This document shows, piece after piece, positions 9,696 to 18,112 of a stretch of DNA of 64,000 bases. The notes beneath the pieces are model-generated. The model did no database searches. It was not told the DNA's origin and saw only the letters and a list, made by a program, of their open reading frames with translations. The DNA is taken from positions 4,877 to 68,876 of the forward strand of contig CAWDHZ010000014.1 in assembly GCA_963802225.1 (NCBI GenBank), read 5' to 3'. The DNA is from an uncultured delta proteobacterium (GTDB lineage Bacteria; Desulfobacterota; Syntrophia; Syntrophales; UBA2192). The translations under genes and the position numbers were made by a program. Position 1 is the first letter of the stretch; every line of letters starts with the position of its first letter.

Positions 9696-10583
9696 ATGAG
9701 ACGCAGTCAGATGAATATACCAAGCCGGCTTCACCAAGAGACTCGCAGGGTCTGGGCGGTACTGTGTCTCGCCGTGAAAAATTTTTTCCGGATTAACGGG
9801 GTGCAGTGGGCGGGAGCGTTTGCCTTCAATGCGTTCTTCTCGCTGTTTCCCTTGATGATCCTGCTCGTCACGATTGCCTCTTTCTTTGTTGACCGGGACC
9901 AGGCCGGGAAAGAGGTCATTGCCTTCATGGAAAACTACGTCCCGATCAGCGGCAAGATGCAAACTCATATTTTTGAAACCATCACCGGCGTGATCAAAGC
10001 GCGCGGGCAGGCGGGTGTGGTCGCATTTCTCATCCTGCTGTGGGTCGTCCTCCAATGTTTTATCACCCTCATCTGCGCGATCAACCACGCCTGGGGTACC
10101 GCGGTGAACAACTGGTGGCGGCTGCCGTTGAAAAGCCTGGTGCTGCTCGGCATCACGGCGGGTGCGTTCCTTCTGGGCATGGCGGTGCCGGTTATGGCAA
10201 AAATGGCGAAGGATTGGCTCTTTCCAGTGAATGATTTCAGTTCCTGGGTCTATGCCATGGGGAGCTTTTTCATTCCCTTGCTGGTGGTCTTCCTCAGCCT
10301 CAGCCTTTTTTACTGGCTGGCCCCGCGCCGGCCCACGCGCTTTGCCGAAGTCTGGGTTTCCGCCCTTTGCGCCACGGCTCTCCTGCTGGCGACCGAAAGT
10401 CTGTTCGTGATGTACCTCAAGAACTTCGCTACGTTAAACGCGGTCTATGGGGCGTTCGGCGGGATCATGGCATTGCTGCTGTGGATTTACCTTTCCGGGT
10501 GCATTTTCATCTTCGGCGCCTGCCTGTGCGCCGCTCAGGCCGAAGGGCGTTCAGCGCAGGCGAAAACAATCAAGGCGCGCTAA
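9696..10583 (+). CDS. YihY/BrkB-family inner-membrane protein
   Basis: ORF 9582..10583 trimmed to ATG 9696, with GAAAGG upstream. ...FFRINGVQWAGAFAFNAFFSLFPLMILLVTI... plus six TM segments is typical of the YihY family. Confidence 0.75.
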   Translation: MRRSQMNIPSRLHQETRRVWAVLCLAVKNFFRINGVQWAGAFAFNAFFSLFPLMILLVTIASFFVDRDQAGKEVIAFMENYVPISGKMQTHIFETITGVIKARGQAGVVAFLILLWVVLQCFITLICAINHAWGTAVNNWWRLPLKSLVLLGITAGAFLLGMAVPVMAKMAKDWLFPVNDFSSWVYAMGSFFIPLLVVFLSLSLFYWLAPRRPTRFAEVWVSALCATALLLATESLFVMYLKNFATLNAVYGAFGGIMALLLWIYLSGCIFIFGACLCAAQAEGRSAQAKTIKAR

Positions 10584-10601
10584 AAAAAGGAGCACTGAAC
10601 C

Positions 10602-10712
10602 ATGAACAAAAAAACGCTTTCCCCGGAACTACTCCACAAGATGGGTGCCTGCTGGCGCGCAGCCGACGATCTGTCCGTCGGCCAGTTGAACTGGGAGCTG
10701 ACCCATGAATAA
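10602..10712 (+). pseudogene. 5' stub (36 codons) of a phosphoketolase (xfp-type) gene
   Basis: Below the ORF-track size cut-off. AAGGAG RBS, then MNKKTLSPELLHKMGACWRAADDLSVGQLNWELTHE*. Phosphoketolases start ..LSPELL.KMDAYWRAANYLSVGQIYL... The TAA at 10710-10712 overlaps the next gene start (10705). Confidence 0.55.
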
Positions 10713-12051
10713 GTTCACGCAACTCTGGAGCAATCTGCGGTCGAGCTTTTGGTTTATGCCTTCATTGATTGTCGTGTTCAGCATTGCCTTCGCGGTAGCG
10801 TTGATCGAAGCAGACTCCGCCGGGAGCGACCGATGGCTGGCCCAGTGGCCGCGCCTGTTCGGGGCCGGGGCGGAAGGCGCGCGCGGGATGATGTCCACGA
10901 TTGCCGGTTCGATGATGTCCGTGGTGGGCGTCGCGTTCTCCATGATCCTGGTGGTGCTGGCGCTGGCTTCGAGCCAATACACCTCGCGCATCCTGCGGAA
11001 CTTCATGCGCAGTCGCGTCACGCAGGTCGTGCTTGGGATCTTCGCCGGCATTTTCACGTATTGCCTGATCGTGTTACGCACCATTCGCAGCGGCGACGAG
11101 GGCGCATTTGTTCCAAGCCTGGCGGTGTTCTTCGGCTTCGCGCTGGCACTCGGAGGTGTTGGCGCCCTCATGTTCTTCATTCATCATATCGCCTCTTCGA
11201 TCCAGGCTTCCAGCATCATCGCCTCGGTCGCTCAGGAAACCATCGCGGCCGTCGACCGGCTGTTTCCGGAAAAACTCGGACAAGGGCCGGGCGAAGACGA
11301 TGATGACCAGACGCTGCGCCCCCTATCCGAGCGGACTTGGCGCGCCGTCCCGGCCAGGGAGAGCGGCTATATCCAGAGCGTCAATAACGCGGCGCTCCTA
11401 AGCTTGGCGCGGGACAGGAAAACCATCGTGAGGATGGAGCACGGCATTGGCGAGTTCGTTGTCCAGAACACCACTCTGGCCTCACTCGCCCTGGAAGACC
11501 CGCCGGATCAAGAGACGATTGACGCCCTGCAGGCGACTTTCAGCATCAACCGCTACCGCACGGTGGAGCAGGACGCGGCCTTCGGAATCAGGCAGATCGT
11601 GGATGTGGCGTTGAAAGCACTCTCCCCCGGCATCAACGACGTCACGACAGCCGTGACGTGCGTGGATTATCTGACGGCGATTCTGGCGCGGCTGGCGCCT
11701 CGGAAAATTCCCTCATCGCACCGTTACGAGGAGGGGGTACTGCGAGTGATCGCCGAAGGCCCGAGCTTTGAAAGCATGCTGGCTGAATCGTTCGACCAGA
11801 TTCGAAACAACGCCAAAGGCAATGTCACCATCATATCGCGGATGCTCGACGCCTTTCAAACCCTTGCCGGCTTGACGGCCAGCCCACAACGCCGGCGGGC
11901 GCTTCGCGAGCAAGTGCAATGGATCGCCGAGTTGACCGAGCGTACCGTCGAGTCTGCTCATGACCGTGCGAGGATCGACACGCGGCTGGAGCGCCTGCGC
12001 GAAACGCTCGAAGCCGAGCCTGCGCGGTGTCCGGTGGAGGAGAAGGAATAG
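10705..12051 (+). CDS. DUF2254-family membrane protein
   Basis: 448 aa. N-terminal MNKFTQLWSNLRSSFWFMPSLIVVFSIAFAVALIEAD plus four TM helices and a large soluble C-terminal domain, as in the DUF2254 family. Confidence 0.65.
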   Translation: MNKFTQLWSNLRSSFWFMPSLIVVFSIAFAVALIEADSAGSDRWLAQWPRLFGAGAEGARGMMSTIAGSMMSVVGVAFSMILVVLALASSQYTSRILRNFMRSRVTQVVLGIFAGIFTYCLIVLRTIRSGDEGAFVPSLAVFFGFALALGGVGALMFFIHHIASSIQASSIIASVAQETIAAVDRLFPEKLGQGPGEDDDDQTLRPLSERTWRAVPARESGYIQSVNNAALLSLARDRKTIVRMEHGIGEFVVQNTTLASLALEDPPDQETIDALQATFSINRYRTVEQDAAFGIRQIVDVALKALSPGINDVTTAVTCVDYLTAILARLAPRKIPSSHRYEEGVLRVIAEGPSFESMLAESFDQIRNNAKGNVTIISRMLDAFQTLAGLTASPQRRRALREQVQWIAELTERTVESAHDRARIDTRLERLRETLEAEPARCPVEEKE

Positions 12052-12227
12052 TCTTGCAAAATCGAGAGCAAGCCCTGCATCGACAAGCGCCGCCAAGACA
12101 AACCGGAGATTCGAAACAGGAAATGGAGCAACCACAACTGAATGCGCACGGGCTTATCGATACCGTTTTGGGCCTGAAGACAGGGACTCCGCAAGCTGCG
12201 GGGTCCCTGTCCGTTCCAAGGATATTG

Positions 12228-12268
12228 TGATGGATAAAAAAATGGAGCGGGCGATGGGAATCGAACCC
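12228..12268 (-). repeat. Direct repeat B: same flank plus 26 nt (1 mismatch) of the tRNA-Gly 3' end
   Basis: tgatggataaaaaaa-tggagcgggcgatgggaatcgaaccc. It has the same orientation as repeat A and as the complete tRNA. The sequence beyond it does not fold as a tRNA. Confidence 0.65.
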
Positions 12269-12435
12269 TCCCTCCACCCTTGTGGGCAAGGGTTTCATGG
12301 CTTTATCTGACCGCTATCTGACCAGTTCACATCTGCAGTAATCAACTGAAAATCATAAGTCACAAGTGGATGAATGAGTGATGGACATGACGAGGGTTTG
12401 ATCCTCTTGAGAAATCGCCGTACCTTTTCAGATTT

Positions 12436-12630
12436 TCATTTTCTTTTCATCATATAAACGACAGCCAAAATAGCGAGAAACGCGATAATGATCACAACAA
12501 ACCATCCGGAGTTCATTCCCCACCCCCAACTATCACCCATCATGCCGCCACCTTGACTGCTGCCCATCTGGGCATAGCTGAAAGAAGTCAAAAAAGATAA
12601 TATTAACGCTGCCAGAAGTAATATTTTCAT
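12436..12630 (-). CDS. Small exported Gly/Met/Trp-rich membrane-anchored protein
   Basis: 64 aa: signal peptide (MKILLLAALILSFLTSFSYA), QMGSSQGGGMMGDSWGWGMNSGW, a TM helix, then KRK. It is the last gene of the copper operon. Confidence 0.5.
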   Translation of the reverse strand: MKILLLAALILSFLTSFSYAQMGSSQGGGMMGDSWGWGMNSGWFVVIIIAFLAILAVVYMMKRK

Positions 12631-12746
12631 CTTTCTTCCTCCTTAGGTGGATTTCACTTGGGCCCTATGGATGTCTCACAGCTACGGGTCATTGCACTTT
12701 CATTGAATCGTTATATTGGAAGCATGAGAGGCATCTCATTCTTCCT

Positions 12747-14975
12747 TCAGAGTTGTATGCTCTTCAATCTGAGCGAGTTTCCTATAACGGACACCGAACT
12801 GAAGCTCATGGCGGCGGCAGCGATCATGGGGCTGAGCAGGATGCCCATCGTGGGGTAAAGAACCCCGGCTGCTATGGGAACACCCAGCGAATTGTATACA
12901 AAGGCAAAAAAGAGGTTCTGCTTGATGTTGCGCATCGTTGCCCTGCTCAACTTCCTCGCCCGCACGATCCCCCGAAGATCGCCTTTCACCAGGGTCACTC
13001 CCGCACTCTGCATCGCCACATCCGTCCCGGTCCCCATCGCCACACCGACATGCGCCTGAGCGAGGGCGGGGGCGTCATTGATTCCGTCCCCTGCCATTGC
13101 CACAATCCGTCCCTCACTCTGCAGCCGTTTAACCATTACTGCCTTCTGGTCGGGCAGGACCTCCGCGATCACTTCGTCGATGCCAAGCTTTTTCCCGACG
13201 GCTTCAGCAGTCGTCTTGCTGTCCCCGGTGATCATAACGACCCGGATCCCTTCCTGATGAAGCTTTTCGATCGCCTCGGCTGTCGTTGATTTGATCGGGT
13301 CTGCCACGGCGAGGAGCCCTGCAACCTTTCCGTCCACAGCAACAAACATGGCGGTCTGCCCCTCCTTGCGCATGGACTCTGCCTTGTCAGGGAGATCGCC
13401 CAATGCAATGCCGAGATCTTCAATGAGCCTGCGGTTCCCGAGGGCGAGCTTCCGTCCGTCGATCATACCCGTTACCCCGCGTCCGGTCAGCGATTCAAAG
13501 GACTCAACTTTTGAAGGCGAGATACCCTTTTCTTTTGCACCGGCAACGATCGCTTCAGCCAGAGGGTGCTCGCTTCCCATCTCGATGCTTGCAGCGAGGT
13601 GAAGCAGTGTCTTTTCATCAAATTCTGCCGCGGGGACCACATTGACCAGCTTCGGCCTTCCCTCTGTGAGCGTGCCGGTTTTATCCGTGACAAGAGTATC
13701 GACGGTCTTCATCACCTCGATAGCCTCGGCATTCTTAAAGAGCACGCCTCCCGTAGCCCCTTTGCCCATAGCCACCATGATCGACATCGGCGTTGCCAGG
13801 CCGAGGGCACAGGGGCAGGCGATGATCAGCACCGCAACGGCATTGACAAGAGCGTATGCCATCCGCGGCTCAGGCCCGATCCATGCCCAGACCACGAAAG
13901 TGAGAACCGCAATACCGACTATGGTCGGGACAAAATATCCGGCAACGCTATCCGCCAATTTCTGGATTGGAGCGCGGCTCCGCTGGGCCTCTGCAACCAT
14001 GTGGACGATCTGCGCCAGAAGAGTCTCGGCTCCAACCTTCTCCGCTTTCATGATCAATGTGCCTGTCCCGTTCACGGTGGCGCCGATTACCCGGTCGCCA
14101 ACCTGCTTCGACACGGGAATGGGTTCCCCGGTGATCATGGATTCATCCACCGCGCTTGATCCCCCGGTCACCGTGCCATCGACGGGCACCTTTTCGCCGG
14201 GCCTGACCCTAAGGAGATCTCCTGCCTTGATCTGGTCCATGGGGACGTCCTCTTCGTTGCCATCTCTAAGCCTTCGCGCTGTCTTCGGGGCAAGTCCCAG
14301 CAGGGCCTTTATGGCAGCACCGGTCCGTGACCGCGCCCTCAATTCAAGCACCTGACCGAGGAGTACGAGCGTAGTGATGACCGCTGCCGCCTCAAAATAC
14401 ATTCCCACTTCACCGCTCTCACCACGGAAAGTCTTTGGGAAAAGGCCTGGAAACAGAGCAGCCACAATGCTGTATAGATACGAAAGGCCAACGCCGAGCC
14501 CGATCAGGGTGAACATATTGGGGTTCCAGCTGACCACCGACTGCCAGCCCCTGACAAAGAAGGGCCAGGCTCCCCAGAGGACCACCGGTGTGGCGAGGAT
14601 AAGTTCCATCCACTTCAGAAACTCAGCGGAGAGGAGGCGGTCGATGAAAGAAAGTCCCGGAATGTAGTGGCGCATGGCGATAAGGACCAAAGGGACCGCC
14701 AGCACGGCACTGAACCAGAACCGCCGAGTCATGGAGATGAGTTCGGGATTTTCCTCATCCTCTGCCGTGATTGTTTTCGGCTCGAGGGCCATCCCGCAGA
14801 TCGGACAGCTGCCCGGAGCATTGCGGACGATCTCCGGATGCATCGGGCAGGTCCATTCCGTTTTGGTGACGGTGGCAGAAGGAGCAAAAGGTTCAAGGGC
14901 CATCCCGCATTTGGGACAAGCTCCGGGTTCGGCCTCTCTGATTTCAGGGTGCATGGAACAGGTGTACATATCCAT
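12747..14975 (-). CDS. copA: Copper-translocating P1B-type ATPase
   Basis: Two N-terminal C-x-MHPE...CPxCGM metal-binding modules, the CPC motif ([13 protein letters not shown]), DKTGTLT, and GDGINDAP. The start may be the ATG at 14969 (better GGAG spacing). Confidence 0.9.
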   Translation of the reverse strand: MDMYTCSMHPEIREAEPGACPKCGMALEPFAPSATVTKTEWTCPMHPEIVRNAPGSCPICGMALEPKTITAEDEENPELISMTRRFWFSAVLAVPLVLIAMRHYIPGLSFIDRLLSAEFLKWMELILATPVVLWGAWPFFVRGWQSVVSWNPNMFTLIGLGVGLSYLYSIVAALFPGLFPKTFRGESGEVGMYFEAAAVITTLVLLGQVLELRARSRTGAAIKALLGLAPKTARRLRDGNEEDVPMDQIKAGDLLRVRPGEKVPVDGTVTGGSSAVDESMITGEPIPVSKQVGDRVIGATVNGTGTLIMKAEKVGAETLLAQIVHMVAEAQRSRAPIQKLADSVAGYFVPTIVGIAVLTFVVWAWIGPEPRMAYALVNAVAVLIIACPCALGLATPMSIMVAMGKGATGGVLFKNAEAIEVMKTVDTLVTDKTGTLTEGRPKLVNVVPAAEFDEKTLLHLAASIEMGSEHPLAEAIVAGAKEKGISPSKVESFESLTGRGVTGMIDGRKLALGNRRLIEDLGIALGDLPDKAESMRKEGQTAMFVAVDGKVAGLLAVADPIKSTTAEAIEKLHQEGIRVVMITGDSKTTAEAVGKKLGIDEVIAEVLPDQKAVMVKRLQSEGRIVAMAGDGINDAPALAQAHVGVAMGTGTDVAMQSAGVTLVKGDLRGIVRARKLSRATMRNIKQNLFFAFVYNSLGVPIAAGVLYPTMGILLSPMIAAAAMSFSSVSVIGNSLRLKSIQL

Positions 14976-15067
14976 CTCCAGCCTTTTCTGCGAAAAATTC
15001 AGTGTAACTCAGCCGGTTCTCATACCGATGGATGTCGGATACACCAGGAAAATGGAGTGCCGGCAGG

Positions 15068-15409
15068 CTACCTCGCTTCGACAATGTAGTTTTTGCCCCC
15101 ATACTGGTTCCGGCAGCGGGTCGAGCAGTGTGGTTCATCGGACACGATGCCGTCGACGACGAACCGGTACTCGTATTTCCCGGGCGAGAGGTAGAAAGTG
15201 ACCTCCCAGTTGCCGTCCGTCTCTTTCTTCAAAGGTCTGGTGGAAGGGTCCCAGTTGTTGAATGTGCCTGCCACTGCTTTCTCGCGGGCATTTGGTGCGC
15301 GGATGTTGAAGGTCACTCGTTTCTTGCCAAGATTACTTGCCATAAATCGCCTCTTGGTAGAGTCCAGTTGAGACTGCTCTCTCTTCCTCTCAATCAACGA
15401 ACATTCCAT
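15068..15409 (-). CDS. CBM48/AMPK-beta glycogen-binding-domain-like small protein
   Basis: VTFNIRAPNAREKAVAGTFNNWDPSTRPLKKETDGNWEVTFYLSPGKYEYRFVVDG is the classical CBM48/GBD pattern. An alternative start lies at 15343. Confidence 0.6.
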   Translation of the reverse strand: MECSLIERKREQSQLDSTKRRFMASNLGKKRVTFNIRAPNAREKAVAGTFNNWDPSTRPLKKETDGNWEVTFYLSPGKYEYRFVVDGIVSDEPHCSTRCRNQYGGKNYIVEAR

Positions 15410-15415
15410 GATGAT

Positions 15416-15829
15416 CTACTTCGTCTCCGTGGGGAAACCGGCTTCCAACCACTCATTCCACCCACCCTTCAGGGCGTAGACCTTCTTGAACCCCAGCCTG
15501 ATCATATCCTGTGCCACCCAGGCACTGGTTGCTTCGCTGTGTCAGGCACAGTAAAGGACGATCGTCTTGTCCTTTGGATACTTATCCGCCCAGGATTTTA
15601 CTTCCTGCTTGGGGTCTTCCCGGACGGCGCCCTTGATCATCATGGTACTTTTAGCCAGATCGACGGGTTGACGGACATCGATGATGATTACATCCGGCTT
15701 GCCCAGCATCGACTTGAGCTCTTCCTTGCTCATCCTCGGCACCTGTGCCGAGGCGTCGCTTCCGGCGAGCAGAAACACTGCCCCCATTATCAAAGCCATC
15801 ACGAAGACTGCGATCACCTTGAATCTCAT
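15416..15829 (-). CDS. Exported rhodanese-domain protein with in-frame TGA (candidate selenocysteine, C-A-U active-site loop); alternatively a nonsense pseudogene
   Basis: The track ORF 15542..15829 stops at TGA after ...KTIVLYCA. The next 41 codons stay in frame (HSEATSAWVAQDMIRLGFKKVYALKGGWNEWLEAGFPTETK, TAG at 15416-15418) and complete the rhodanese fold. There is an N-terminal signal peptide, a SECIS-like hairpin downstream, and selA in the same window. Confidence 0.6.
15508..15528 (-). promoter_or_regulatory. SECIS-like hairpin 13 nt downstream of the in-frame UGA
   Basis: The mRNA reads UGA-CACAGCGAAGCAA-CCAGUGCC-UGGGU-GGCACAGG. That is an 8-bp stem with one A.A mismatch and a 5-nt G-rich loop that starts 21 nt after the UGA. 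Confidence 0.5.
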
Positions 15830-15934
15830 CGTCTGATACCTCCTTTTTCGACTTTATTAACCGCCACAGAAAATCGTTATGTTTGCGCAATGCGTCAAGA
15901 TTCGTTTGAACGGAGCCGAATGCGCACTTCGAGA

Positions 15935-16327
15935 TCATCTCGCATCGATGGTAAATTTCGCGGATACCGTCTTTCCTTTATGGGTAATCTTAATGGTGAG
16001 ATTCCAGGAACCGGACATTGGAAAGTCGAGCATTGAATGGTAGGTTTTCCCTTGAAGCTGGGCTTCGGCATTGTAGTTCATTGCAGGCATTCCGGACATG
16101 GCCGGCATGGCGTAATTTGCGATAACCTTCGCATCCGTCACATAATTGCCGCTTGCATCCTTGACGGTTATTTCCAGATCGTTCTTTCCTTTAACCGCGC
16201 TTTTATCCATGGCAAGCTCGACAGAATAGTCCCCTGCCCTTTTCTTCACTTCATAGGCCTTTGCGAAAACAACCCCGGCTGACAACAGCACGATCAAGGT
16301 AACTGCCACGAATCTTTTCATAGTCAT
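15935..16327 (-). CDS. YtkA/FixH-like exported protein with a Met-rich loop
   Basis: Signal peptide and a beta-rich 130-aa protein with YAMPAMSGMPAMNY. It resembles YtkA-like domains found next to heavy-metal genes. Confidence 0.5.
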   Translation of the reverse strand: MTMKRFVAVTLIVLLSAGVVFAKAYEVKKRAGDYSVELAMDKSAVKGKNDLEITVKDASGNYVTDAKVIANYAMPAMSGMPAMNYNAEAQLQGKTYHSMLDFPMSGSWNLTIKITHKGKTVSAKFTIDAR

Positions 16328-16367
16328 TTGCCTCCATCCATTTTCGATATGGAGTATTTATGTTTTT

Positions 16368-17297
16368 CTACTGTGCGGAACTCATACGGCCTGTCTGTTT
16401 GTTGATGAGGACCTTGTCAACAAGGGCGTTGCTCTTCGTTACGACTTCCGCCTCGAAGGCATCTCCCTTATCCTTGATCTTTCCTGGTTTCAGGTTGGGA
16501 TTCCGGCTGGACTTGACGTAATCCTCCATCATAGCCTTGGCATCTTTCATTTCCAGAGGTTTCCCCGGTGCAGCATATGACTGTCCGTAACCGTAGCCTC
16601 GGCCGCCCATCATGCCGCCACCCATGCCGGAGCCCTGCCCAGAACCCATCATGCCTCCGCCCATCATGCCGGGACCCATGCCATATCCATAGCCCCCTCC
16701 CTTCATCATCCCGGGGCCCATGGTGCCGCCCATTTTGAGTGCATGGTCGAACATGACAAGGTGATGGCGGGTCTGCAGAAGGATGTTGTTGAGTATGCCG
16801 GCCGAATCACGGTCCGCGGCGTTCTTCACGAGCCACTCGTAGCGAGGGATCAGATCCTGCTCCATCTTTACACACAGCTCGAAGGCCTCGGTGATCGTTT
16901 TCGTCACAGCGACCGCTGCCGTCTTGCCCTCGGCTGGCAAGCCGTAGGCGGCAAAGAGCCGTTCAATGGCCCTCACATGATCCTCCTCCTGGGGAATGAC
17001 CATGTGATAGGGCATATAGGCGTTGAATTTCTCCGCGTCGGCTGCGTATTGGGCGTAAGAAAGACGTTCCAGGGCCAAGACGTCCCGGAGCTTCTGTGTC
17101 CATTCCTGGCTCTTTGGAGCCGGGAGCTTGTCCGGCACGTCCGGGGCAATCGGGTAGCCCATCATCCCCCCGCCCATACCGTAGCCGGAACCACTGCCGC
17201 CCATCATGCCTCCGCCCATGCCGTGCTGGGCCATAACGGGCATGGCAACCAGAAGCGACAGCAACACGGTAAAAATCCATAATGTTCTCTTTTTCAT
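16368..17297 (-). CDS. Exported ferritin-like (DUF2202-type) protein flanked by Met/Gly-rich repeats
   Basis: Signal peptide, then HGMGGGMMGGSGSGYGMGGGMMGY at the N-terminus and GMGPGMMGGGMMGSGQGSGMGGGMMGG near the C-terminus. The core ERLSYAQYAADAEKF...EEDHVRAIERL resembles DUF2202. Confidence 0.6.
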   Translation of the reverse strand: MKKRTLWIFTVLLSLLVAMPVMAQHGMGGGMMGGSGSGYGMGGGMMGYPIAPDVPDKLPAPKSQEWTQKLRDVLALERLSYAQYAADAEKFNAYMPYHMVIPQEEDHVRAIERLFAAYGLPAEGKTAAVAVTKTITEAFELCVKMEQDLIPRYEWLVKNAADRDSAGILNNILLQTRHHLVMFDHALKMGGTMGPGMMKGGGYGYGMGPGMMGGGMMGSGQGSGMGGGMMGGRGYGYGQSYAAPGKPLEMKDAKAMMEDYVKSSRNPNLKPGKIKDKGDAFEAEVVTKSNALVDKVLINKQTGRMSSAQ

Positions 17298-17357
17298 GAT
17301 GTCCTCCTTGCATGCATTTCGTTTTTCCCGTTTAATCCGGTCGTTGCCTTCCGGAGT

Positions 17358-17720
17358 CTATTCAAGCAGCCACGCCTTTGCTGCGGAGATATCGTGATTC
17401 CCGAAAATTTTGACGGGGCACGGAATGAACAGCGAGAAGAATTGGACGGCCCTCGATATCCACTCCGCGTCGGTGACAACCGCTATCTTTTCGAATGCGG
17501 TCAGGTGGCGTATGCCAAGCTTGGCATCATCGAACATGGCTTCGGCCGTGAAGCCTGAGATATCACGGCTCAATTGATAGAGTACGCGGATCTTCCCATG
17601 TCTTTTCAAGCTGCTCTCCACAGCCGGGATCAGGACGTCGTCGTAATCCTTCCCGGAAATCTGCCCGCTTGCCCTGACCGCCACGACGTTATCCGGCATG
17701 TCCTGTATGATTTCCAACAT
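17358..17720 (-). CDS. STAS/SpoIIAA-like (DUF3478-type) small protein
   Basis: 120 aa: MLEIIQDMPDNVVAVRASGQISGKDYDDVLIPAVE...KIAVVTDAEWI. This is the typical pattern of SpoIIAA-like 'STAS/SEC14' single-domain proteins. Confidence 0.55.
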   Translation of the reverse strand: MLEIIQDMPDNVVAVRASGQISGKDYDDVLIPAVESSLKRHGKIRVLYQLSRDISGFTAEAMFDDAKLGIRHLTAFEKIAVVTDAEWISRAVQFFSLFIPCPVKIFGNHDISAAKAWLLE

Positions 17721-17803
17721 GAAAGTGTCCTTTCCACAGGTGAAAAGATTATTAAGACAACTGGCGATTCAATGAGCCCGAGAAGGAAGCAGCCCGAAAG
17801 AAG

Positions 17804-18112
17804 TCACTCGGAGAGATCCTGCTTCAACCGATTGTATTCCTCTTTTGTGATCTCGCCCTTTGCATAACGCTTTTTCAATATCTCCAGCGGTGTCTCGCTG
17901 ACGCTTCCCCGCCTCTGGGTCTGCACGATAAAATAGATTGCAATAGCGACAACAATCACAAGGATCAGCCACATGAACCATCCTCCATATCCATAGTGCA
18001 TCATCGGCCAGCCGCTTCCCGGCCCATGCATGGGTCCAGATCGATCGTCTCCTGCGCAGGAAAACAGAAAAGCGACAGAGAACAAAATGGTACGGTTCAT
18101 TAATGTGTTCAT
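17804..18112 (-). CDS. SHOCT-domain membrane lipoprotein with a Gly/Met/Trp-rich segment
   Basis: Lipobox-like LFSC, then GPMHGPGSGWPMMHYGYGGW, a TM helix, and a C-terminal PLEILKKRYAKGEITKEEYNRLKQDL (SHOCT motif). AGGAGG RBS. Confidence 0.7.
   Translation of the reverse strand: MNTLMNRTILFSVAFLFSCAGDDRSGPMHGPGSGWPMMHYGYGGWFMWLILVIVVAIAIYFIVQTQRRGSVSETPLEILKKRYAKGEITKEEYNRLKQDLSE

Noticed and set aside
12228-12300. Possible second, complete tRNA gene at repeat B (and at repeat A, 8349-8420)
   Set aside because: Only the T-arm, acceptor 3' strand and CCA match. The 5' acceptor strand, D-arm and a 7-nt anticodon loop cannot be formed. I treat these as tRNA fragments.
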